From: Pseudomonas aeruginosa
Lineage (GTDB): Bacteria > Pseudomonadota > Gammaproteobacteria > Pseudomonadales > Pseudomonadaceae
Direction: 5' to 3'
Assembly: GCF_001457615.1 (NCBI RefSeq)
Contig: NZ_LN831024.1
Location: 1,470,001-1,502,000, forward strand
Length of the DNA stretch: 32,000 bases
Under the pieces are notes generated by a model that saw only the letters and a list, made by a program, of their open reading frames with translations, was not told the DNA's origin and did not search any database. A program made the translations under genes and the position numbers. Within the stretch, counting starts at the first letter, position 1; every line of letters begins with the position of its first letter. Below are positions 13,589 to 19,963 of this stretch, in pieces.

Positions 13589-13903
13589 ATGGCTAAGCCG
13601 AATGATACGTCCAACCCCGAGGTAACAGAATCGTCCCCCCGCTTCGTCCCGCTGCTACCCACCTCCCAGGCCGACATGTGTCCGCGTAGCGCCACCCTGT
13701 ACGTGGACACCCATGCACTCCCCACGCACTTGTTCGACAACGCGAAAGTGCGCTTGAGGTCGGCGATCAACATCCTGGCCATGACCCGTTTGCTCGATGA
13801 GAAAGAAGAGCCCGGCGGCACCCTGGCCTACATCAACGGTGCGTTGCTGTCGCTGCTCAGCGATGCCTTGTCCGAAATCGAGGCGGGCCACCCGAGCCTG
13901 TAG
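13589..13903 (+). CDS. Small conserved hypothetical protein, resembles Pseudomonas DUF3077/DUF6124-type proteins
   Basis: 104-aa ORF with good RBS (AAAGGAGCTGACCC ATG): MAKPNDTSNPEVTESSPRFVPLLPTSQADMCPRSATLYVDTHALPTHLFDNAKVRLRSAINILAMTRLLDE. Family assignment is from memory of similar proteins. Confidence 0.7.
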   Translation: MAKPNDTSNPEVTESSPRFVPLLPTSQADMCPRSATLYVDTHALPTHLFDNAKVRLRSAINILAMTRLLDEKEEPGGTLAYINGALLSLLSDALSEIEAGHPSL

Positions 13904-14034
13904 CGCCGCTCCCTGGCGCGACGCCCCCGGCCTGGCCGGGGGCTTTGCGGCATCGCCATCACAAGACCTTTCGCGCCCGAACGGCACGCTTGATCGCCGT
14001 CCCGGTCCTCGCGAAACGGCCGCCAATTGCCCGA

Positions 14035-14172
14035 AGCTTCCGACCCTTTTTTCGGACGATTTCTTACGCCCTTATAAATCAGCAAGTTACGAGACCTCGA
14101 AAAAAGAGGGTTTCTGGCGGGAAAAACTCGGTATTTCTTTTTCCTTCAAATGGTTATAGGTTTTCGGGGCTA
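14035..14172 (+). promoter_or_regulatory. CRISPR leader (AT-rich), proximal to repeat 1
   Basis: AT-rich stretch immediately before repeat 1, including ...TATAAATCAGCAAGTTACGAGACCTCGAAAAAAGAGGG...GGTATTTCTTTTTCCTTCAAATGGTTATAGGTTTTCGGGGCTA. Left edge is approximate. Confidence 0.85.
14077..14089 (+). promoter_or_regulatory. Candidate IHF binding site in the leader
   Basis: AATCAGCAAGTTA, full match to WATCARNNNNTTR. Confidence 0.55.
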
Positions 14173-15028
14173 GTTCACTGCCGTATAGGCAGCTAAGAAA
14201 GCTAGTTCGTCAGCAAGAAGAGCGGCCCGCTAGTTCACTGCCGTATAGGCAGCTAAGAAATTGCTGGCGCCGCCGGTGAGCTTCGCGTACTCGTTCACTG
14301 CCGTATAGGCAGCTAAGAAAAAATAAAGAGTGCCTTTCTTACTGCTGATCAAGTTCACTGCCGTATAGGCAGCTAAGAAATGGTCGTCTCGCAATCCGCC
14401 TCGGCCGCTGGCGTTCACTGCCGTATAGGCAGCTAAGAAACGGTAGAGACGTCGGTGAGCGCTGCGATCTGCGTTCACTGCCGTATAGGCAGCTAAGAAA
14501 GCAATCGATCAGGCTATGACCGCCGAAGCCTAGTTCACTGCCGTATAGGCAGCTAAGAAATCGACGTTGCCGACCCGCGGCCGCGCCCGGTTGTTCACTG
14601 CCGTATAGGCAGCTAAGAAATCGGCCAAGGCTCCGGCATCGAGCACGATGCCGTTCACTGCCGTATAGGCAGCTAAGAAATTGAGGAACAGGCGCGCTAC
14701 GTCCGCCGCGAAGTTCACTGCCGTATAGGCAGCTAAGAAATTGATGATGCCGTCCTGCTGTTTGCCGGCGATGTTCACTGCCGTATAGGCAGCTAAGAAA
14801 TACGGGCAGTCACGGCGAAAGGCACTCAGCGAGTTCACTGCCGTATAGGCAGCTAAGAAATCGCGCAATGATTTCAGCCGCGGAGCGCATAGGTTCACTG
14901 CCGTATAGGCAGCTAAGAAAATAGATAACACGTGTGACCGCGACCACTACCGGTTCACTGCCGTATAGGCAGCTAAGAAACTCAAGAAAGAGCAGAACGG
15001 CCAGCTTGCGCCGTTCATTGCCGTGTAG
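14173..15028 (+). CRISPR. Type I-F-like CRISPR array: 14 identical 28-bp repeats, 14 spacers of 32 nt, plus truncated degenerate terminal repeat; no cas genes in window
   Basis: Repeat GTTCACTGCCGTATAGGCAGCTAAGAAA starts at 14173, 14233, 14293, 14353, 14413, 14473, 14533, 14593, 14653, 14713, 14773, 14833, 14893 and 14953 (period exactly 60). Terminal partial repeat GTTCATTGCCGTGTAG at 15013-15028. Repeat is the Csy4-type stem-loop CTGCCGTATAGGCAG. Confidence 0.99.
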
Positions 15029-15030
15029 TC

Positions 15031-15071
15031 CCGTAGGGCGAATGCCGCCATAGGCGGTATCCGCCCTACGG
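15031..15071. repeat. REP-like element R2, collapsed single palindrome
   Basis: CCGTAGGGCGAATGCCGCCATAGGCGGTATCCGCCCTACGG, near-perfect dyad, two bases after the truncated terminal CRISPR repeat. Confidence 0.85.
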
Positions 15072-15256
15072 ATCGGGTTCCTGGCATCCACGAAGTGAGG
15101 CTTGCCCTCCAAGTGGTGGGGCGGCAAACCCGCCCCGTCAGGAGGCCGAGCGGAATCGTTGCGGAGGGGGACGAGTGGCAGGATGCCGCGAGAGCCGCCT
15201 CGGTCCACGAAGGACCGTGGCGGCGTGCCGCCGGGAGCAACGATGCAGCGAGGGCA

Positions 15257-15279
15257 CCCCAGCCGAGAAGCGGCTGGGG
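15257..15279. repeat. Perfect hairpin inside the insert of the first module
   Basis: CCCCAGCCG-AGAAG-CGGCTGGGG, 9-bp stem. Confidence 0.7.
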
Positions 15280-15430
15280 CCGGATGCCGGGGCGAGTCTT
15301 TTGGTTCCTTTTGGACGCTTGCAAAAGGAACTCGCCTGGGAAGGCGAAACAAGAGGCCAAGGCAGGCACAGAAAATAGCTTGACCACCAAACATGACGCC
15401 CGCTCAAGCGCTAAGCAACAGCGCCCCCCT

Positions 15431-15451
15431 CACTGCCGTGTAGCTAAGAAA
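15431..15451 (+). repeat. Degenerate CRISPR-repeat relic 1
   Basis: CACTGCCGTGTAGCTAAGAAA, equal to the CRISPR repeat with a 4-bp internal deletion and A-to-G change. Confidence 0.75.
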
Positions 15452-15468
15452 TCGCGAGCGATATAGTC

Positions 15469-15553
15469 CCGTAGGGCGAATACCGCCATAGGCGGTATCC
15501 GCCGATGCACTGGAGAGCCGGCGGATAACCGCAAGCGGTCATTCGCCCTACGG
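15469..15553. repeat. REP/BIME-like double palindrome, copy R3
   Basis: CCGTAGGGCGAATACCGCCATAGGCGGTATCCGCC...GGCGGATAACCGCAAGCGGTCATTCGCCCTACGG. Confidence 0.85.
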
Positions 15554-15697
15554 ATCGGGCTCCTGGCATGCCCTCCGAGTGGCAGGGCGAGTCTTTTGGA
15601 CGCTTGCAGAAGGAGCTCGCCTGGAAAGGCGAAACAAGAGGCCAAGGCAAGCACGACAAGCAGCTTGAGCAGCAAACATGAAGCCCGCTCGAACGTC

Positions 15698-15783
15698 CCG
15701 TAGGGCGAATACCGCCACAGGCGGTATCCGCCGATGCCCCGGACAGCCGGCGGATAACCGCAAGCGGTTATTCGCCCTACGGA
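15698..15783. repeat. REP/BIME-like double palindrome, copy R4
   Basis: CCGTAGGGCGAATACCGCCACAGGCGGTATCCGCC...GGCGGATAACCGCAAGCGGTTATTCGCCCTACGG. Confidence 0.85.
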
Positions 15784-15917
15784 TCGGGCTCCTGGCTTGC
15801 CCTCCGAGTGGTGGGCGAGTCTTTTGGACGCTTGCAGAAGGAACTCGCCTGGAAAGGCGAAACAAGAGGCCAAGGCAAGCACGACGCCCGCTCAAGCGCT
15901 AAGCAACAGCTTCCCCC

Positions 15918-15943
15918 CTTAGTGCCGTGCAGGCAGCGACGGG
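15918..15943 (+). repeat. Degenerate CRISPR-repeat relic 2
   Basis: CTTAGTGCCGTGCAGGCAGCGACGGG; keeps TGCCGTG(C)AGGCAGC, the stem-loop core of the CRISPR repeat. Confidence 0.5.
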
Positions 15944-16059
15944 AGCTGGGGGCCAGTCACGCATTCACGGCCCGCCAGGCAGTCCCCGTGCACCCGGTGC
16001 CGAAACGCCACCTTCGTGCCCTGCGTCATGGCCAATGCTCCACGGCAAGTCGCTACCCC

Positions 16060-16482
16060 TCAGTACCCATCCGCCACCGGTGCCAGGTAGAGCCCGCCCG
16101 CACCGAGGGTAATGCGTAGGTTGCGGATCTCTCCGGCGCGCAGGGTCAGGGTCTGTCCGGCGAGGATGGTCATGCCGTTCCGGCAGGCGTCGCCAGGACC
16201 GTTCGGCGCAAGACGCACGTCCACCGCGCCGGGTTGCAGGTTCAGGGCCAGGCTGGCGCCCGGTTGCAGGTTGCCGACCAGTTCGTCGTGGACGTACAGG
16301 CCGACATCGCAGGCAGTGCCGGACTCGACCCGCTCGCGGGAAACGTTCAGCACCGCATAGCCGATCGGCGCCGGGTCGGGTTGCGCCCAGCCGCCGCTGG
16401 CCGGTTGCGGGTCCGCGGCGAGCGCCGGGAGGGCGCAGGCCAGGGCAGCGGTATGGAGCAGCGGGCGAAGGATGGGGAACAT
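16060..16482 (-). CDS. Hypothetical secreted/periplasmic protein
   Basis: From ATG at 16482: MFPILRPLLHTAALACALPALAADPQPASGGW with Sec-type signal peptide; C-terminus ITLGAGGLYLAPVADGY. Confidence 0.75.
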   Translation of the reverse strand: MFPILRPLLHTAALACALPALAADPQPASGGWAQPDPAPIGYAVLNVSRERVESGTACDVGLYVHDELVGNLQPGASLALNLQPGAVDVRLAPNGPGDACRNGMTILAGQTLTLRAGEIRNLRITLGAGGLYLAPVADGY

Positions 16483-16581
16483 GGCGGGCCTCGGCGGCGG
16501 GGGGCGTAAGGAAAAGCTTGGCCGAAGCCGGGGCCCGGGACAAGTCGGGACGGGCATCCGCGTGCCCGTCCGTCGCTGGGG

Positions 16582-17112
16582 TCAGGCGCCGCGTTGCGGC
16601 AGCATGGCGCGCAGTACGTCGTCCTTCTGCACGCGGTGATGCCAGATGGCAGCGGCGGCGTGGCCGAGGATCAGCGCGAAAAGCAGGTACTGGACGGTGA
16701 CGTGGGTGCCGCCGGCGAACGCCTTGAAGGCTTCCGGCAGGTCGAACGGGCCGATCTGCACCAGCCAGAACAGGTCCAGCGGACGCTTGCCGGCGAGCAT
16801 GCCGGAGAGCGGCATGACGATCAGCACCGCGTACAGCAGGAAATGCCCGGCCTTGGCGGCCGCGCGCTGCCAGTCCGGGTTCCCCTCCAGGGTATCCGGG
16901 ACACCCTGGACGCGGCGCAGCGCCAGGCGTGTCAGGGTCAGCAGGAGTACCGCCACGCCCAGCGACTTGTGCAGGGTGAAGACGTTGCCCTTGCCGCCGA
17001 GCAGGCCGGCGAAGAAGTCGGCGCCGTAGGGCAGGGCGATGATCAGCAGGACCGCGACGGCGCTGAGCCAGTGCAGGGCGATCTGTGACGGGGAATAGCG
17101 GCGGATGGACAT
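16582..17112 (-). CDS. Cytochrome b561-family membrane protein
   Basis: 176-aa, YSPSQIALHWLSAVAVLLII, TLHKSLGVAVLLLTLTRLALR, AGHFLLYAVLIVMPLSGML, ALILGHAAAAIWHH; conserved histidines. Confidence 0.9.
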   Translation of the reverse strand: MSIRRYSPSQIALHWLSAVAVLLIIALPYGADFFAGLLGGKGNVFTLHKSLGVAVLLLTLTRLALRRVQGVPDTLEGNPDWQRAAAKAGHFLLYAVLIVMPLSGMLAGKRPLDLFWLVQIGPFDLPEAFKAFAGGTHVTVQYLLFALILGHAAAAIWHHRVQKDDVLRAMLPQRGA

Positions 17113-17233
17113 GGTTCTACCTCGTGAAGAACAAGGTGAACATGTTAACCATGTGCTTTGTAGGGTTTAAGCCTCTTTACTCCGCCTTTACCCGTTCTTG
17201 ACGCTTTGTCGGTTACCGGATATTTCGAGGATT

Positions 17234-17256
17234 GACCTTGACACCATGTCAAGGTC
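17234..17256 (+). promoter_or_regulatory. MerR-type (CueR-like) operator-promoter upstream of the copZ-like gene
   Basis: Perfect dyad GACCTTGACA-CCA-TGTCAAGGTC overlapping -35 TTGACC (17232-17237) with about 19-bp spacing to a -10-like GAAAAT (17257-17262). Confidence 0.8.
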
Positions 17257-17294
17257 GAAAATCGCCCCATCGATGACCAACAGGAGGCAATACC

Positions 17295-17492
17295 ATGCAA
17301 GTCTTCAAGGTTCAGGGCATGACCTGCGGCCACTGCGTACGGGCGATCACCCATGCGGTGCAGGCGAAGGATTCGGCGGCGGACGTCCAGGTGGATCTTG
17401 GCGCCGGCGAAGTCCGGGTCGCCAGCCGGCTCGACAGCACCCAGGTACTCGAGGCGATCCGCGAGGAGGGCTACGGCGCCGAGCTGGCCTGA
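17295..17492 (+). CDS. copZ: Heavy-metal-associated domain copper chaperone (CopZ-like)
   Basis: 65-aa MQVFKVQGMTCGHCVRAITHAVQAKD...; GMTCGHC metal-binding motif. Confidence 0.93.
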   Translation: MQVFKVQGMTCGHCVRAITHAVQAKDSAADVQVDLGAGEVRVASRLDSTQVLEAIREEGYGAELA

Positions 17493-18109
17493 CCCCAGTC
17501 GCGCACCAGGCCACGGAACATCGGCTCCAGCAGGTGTTCCGCGTCCGTATCCGGATCGAACAGGCGCGGGTCGCGCAACCAGTCGTTGAACAGGCCCAGG
17601 ATCAGCGCGTGCAAGGCGCGCGAGGCGATCCTCGGGGTCATGCCCGGATGCAGCCGCACACGGCATTCGTCGCGGGCGAACAACTGCTCGCAGAGTTCGA
17701 TGAACATCTGCACGAAGGCGTTGTTGCGTTCCTGCGCCTCGCGCAGTTCCTCGGTGAATTCGCAACGTTGCATCAGGATGGTCAGGATGCGGCGCTTCTT
17801 CTCCTGCGTCAGCAACGATTGCACGGCCTCCAGGCAGAGGTCGTAGAGCGAGCGCAGCGGGTCGCTGCCATCGCAGCCGGACAGGCGCTCGGTGAGTTGC
17901 TCCGGCGGCAGGCGTACCTGGTTGAGCATCTCGTTGAACAGGTGGGCCTTGTTCTGGAAGTGCCAGTAGACGGCGCCACGGGTCACCCCGGCGGCCCTGG
18001 CGATCTGTTCCAGGCTGGTATGGGACACGCCCTTTTCCAGGAACAGTTCCTCGGCGGCCAGGAGGATGGCCGTACGGGTTTTTTCAGAATCTTCCTTTGT
18101 GCGTCGCAT
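17471..18109 (-). CDS. nalD: TetR-family repressor NalD (mexAB-oprM regulator)
   Basis: 212-aa MRRTKEDSEKTRTAILLAAEELFLEKGVSHTSLEQIARAAGVTRGAVYWHFQNK; TetR HTH; matches NalD as recalled. Confidence 0.92.
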   Translation of the reverse strand: MRRTKEDSEKTRTAILLAAEELFLEKGVSHTSLEQIARAAGVTRGAVYWHFQNKAHLFNEMLNQVRLPPEQLTERLSGCDGSDPLRSLYDLCLEAVQSLLTQEKKRRILTILMQRCEFTEELREAQERNNAFVQMFIELCEQLFARDECRVRLHPGMTPRIASRALHALILGLFNDWLRDPRLFDPDTDAEHLLEPMFRGLVRDWGQASSAP

Positions 18110-18474
18110 GCTGTGCTGGGTAGTCGAATCGGTCTCGGCAACGGGGCGGGGAGTGTACCGATTTTAGCCGCGCTCGGGCGGACTCGAAGTATTTCGACAC
18201 CACCTTTGTCTAATGCTGCTCATTCATGAGTCGTGGATTCCGCGGTTCCACGGTCTCCGGCCATGATCGGCGGGCGTCTTCGGTGTTATGCTGCGCGCTG
18301 CTTTTTCGGCGACTCCCCGGCTGTCCGTAGCATCTTCCCGCCAGTACCGGCCTTCAGGCCTGGAGCCGCCCGCCCTCACAGACGATTCAATGATAGGCGT
18401 CGTCGTCCCGCTTGCCGGGAGCCGCGCAGGGAAGTGCCTTGCCTGCCACCGACGCGCCCCGTGCCGAGCGATCC

Positions 18475-19653
18475 ATGAACCTGCGCATCCTGCTGATACT
18501 GGGAGCCCTGAGCGCCTTCGGGCCACTGGCCATCGATTTCTACCTGCCGAGCTTCCCGACCCTGGCCAAGGCCTTCGCCACCGACGTCGAGCACGTCCAG
18601 CTGAGCCTGGCTGCCTACTTCGCCGGCCTGTCCATCGGCCAGTTGCTCTACGGCCCGGTGGCCGACCGCTATGGCCGGCGACTGCCGCTGCTGGTGGGGG
18701 TGAGTATCTTCACCCTGGCCTCGGCCGCCTGCGCCCTGGCGCCGAGCCTGGAGTGGCTGATCGCCGCGCGCTTCGTCCAGGCCCTCGGCGGCTGCGCCGG
18801 GATGGTCATCTCGCGGGCAGTGGTGCGTGACCTGTGCGATCCGATCGGCGCCGCCAAGGCGTTTTCCCAGTTGATGCTGGTGATGGGCCTGGCGCCGATC
18901 CTCGCCCCCGTGGCCGGCGGCCTGCTGCTGGACTGGCAGGGCTGGCAATCGATCTTCGTCTGCCTGACCCTGTTCGCCGCCCTGGCCGGCCTCGGCGTGG
19001 CGTTGTGGCTGCCGGAAACCATCCCGGCCGACGGCGAGCGACCGCCGCTGTCCGGCGCGCTGGGGCAGTACCGGCGGCTGTTCGCCGACCGCCTGTTTCT
19101 CGCCTATGGCCTTTCCGGCGGGGTGGCGATGGCCGGGATGTTCGCCTACATCGCCGGTTCGCCCTACGTGTTCATCCAGCTCTACGGGATTCCCGCCGAG
19201 CACTATGGCTGGCTGTTCGGCAGCAATGCCGCGGGCTTCATCGTCATGGCACAGGTCAACGCGCGGCTGCTGCGCTATCGCGGGCCGGCGTTCTGGCTGC
19301 GGCGGATCATCTGGGGCTACCTGGCGTGCGGCCTGGCCCTGCTGGGCATCGCTTCGCTGCAACCGGCCACGCTGTGGCCGCTGCTGGTTCCGCTGTTCGG
19401 ATGCGTGGCCAGCCTCGGCTGCATCATTCCCAACGCTTCCGCCTGCGCCATGGCCGGACAGGGACAGCACGCCGGCAGCGCCTCGGCGCTGATGGGCAGC
19501 CTGCAGTTCAGCGTGGCGGCGGGCGCTTCGGCGCTGGTCGGCGTGCTCCACGACGGCACGGCGATCCCCATGACTCTGGTGATCGCCGTCTGCGGCGCGG
19601 TCGCGACCCTGCTCGCCTGGCAGACCGGGCGCCTGGAGCGCCAGGCCGCCTGA
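18475..19653 (+). CDS. Bcr/CflA-family MFS drug transporter
   Basis: About 392-aa from ATG 18475: MNLRILLILGALSAFGPLAIDFYLPSFPTLAKAF..., typical Bcr/CflA N-terminus, 12 hydrophobic segments. Confidence 0.92.
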   Translation: MNLRILLILGALSAFGPLAIDFYLPSFPTLAKAFATDVEHVQLSLAAYFAGLSIGQLLYGPVADRYGRRLPLLVGVSIFTLASAACALAPSLEWLIAARFVQALGGCAGMVISRAVVRDLCDPIGAAKAFSQLMLVMGLAPILAPVAGGLLLDWQGWQSIFVCLTLFAALAGLGVALWLPETIPADGERPPLSGALGQYRRLFADRLFLAYGLSGGVAMAGMFAYIAGSPYVFIQLYGIPAEHYGWLFGSNAAGFIVMAQVNARLLRYRGPAFWLRRIIWGYLACGLALLGIASLQPATLWPLLVPLFGCVASLGCIIPNASACAMAGQGQHAGSASALMGSLQFSVAAGASALVGVLHDGTAIPMTLVIAVCGAVATLLAWQTGRLERQAA

Positions 19654-19660
19654 GCGCGGA

Positions 19661-19837
19661 TCAGGCCGTTCGCTGTTTCAGTTCGGGCAGCACATGGGGC
19701 GCGCGCAGGCGCGCCTCGAGGCGGTCGACGAAACGCCGGGCCTCGCTTTCGCTACGGAAGTTGACGGCCTGCTGGTCGAGGCAGACTTGCCAGCATTGGC
19801 CTTTCGGGGTTTGCGACGGGCGGACGAGGATGTTCAT
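19661..19837 (-). CDS. Small conserved hypothetical protein (58 aa)
   Basis: MNILVRPSQTPKGQCWQVCLDQQAVNFRSESEARRFVDRLEARLRAPHVLPELKQRTA; absent from the supplied ORF track because it is short. Confidence 0.6.
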   Translation of the reverse strand: MNILVRPSQTPKGQCWQVCLDQQAVNFRSESEARRFVDRLEARLRAPHVLPELKQRTA

Positions 19838-19963
19838 GGCGATTCATCCATCGGGGCTGGAAAGGGAGCTTCAGTCTAGTCCTGTCGGCCCGGAAAACAC
19901 TGACCGGGATCAGTTTGCCGACAACTGGTCGCCGCTTCGTTTACAGCCCCGCCGCAGAGCGCT

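Larger units (their letters stand above)
15031..15918. repeat. Three tandem copies of a composite intergenic module (REP-like palindrome + conserved flank)
   Basis: Copies about 15031-15430, 15469-15697 and 15698-15918 share GGATCGGG(C/T)TCCTGGC, GCCCTCC(A/G)AGTGG, GGGCGAGTC, GGACGCTTGCA(A/G)AAGGA(A/G)CTCGCCTGG and AAGGCGAAACAAGAGGCCAAGGCA. The first copy has about 170 bp inserted. Confidence 0.85.

Noticed and set aside
13589-13903. Small protein as an anti-CRISPR (Acr) candidate
   Set aside because: Proximity to an array is the only argument; there is no aca-type HTH partner and it resembles a common Pseudomonas small-protein family. Kept only as a hypothesis to test.
14230-14931. Minus-strand ORFs with a FLAAYTAVN repeat (82 and 133 aa)
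   Set aside because: Repeat (28) plus spacer (32) equals 60 nt, a multiple of three, so the CRISPR repeat is read in one frame. This is an artefact, not a repeat protein.
14810-15895. Several 80-194 aa ORFs sharing peptides such as ALASCFAFPGEFLLQASKR and CLPWPLVSPFQASSFCK
   Set aside because: They are translations of the three tandem non-coding modules, appear in different frames and have no plausible starts or homology.
13207-16059. Insertion sequence, prophage or integrative element carrying the array
   Set aside because: No transposase, integrase, att-like tRNA or phage gene was found in this interval; only short non-coding repeats are visible.
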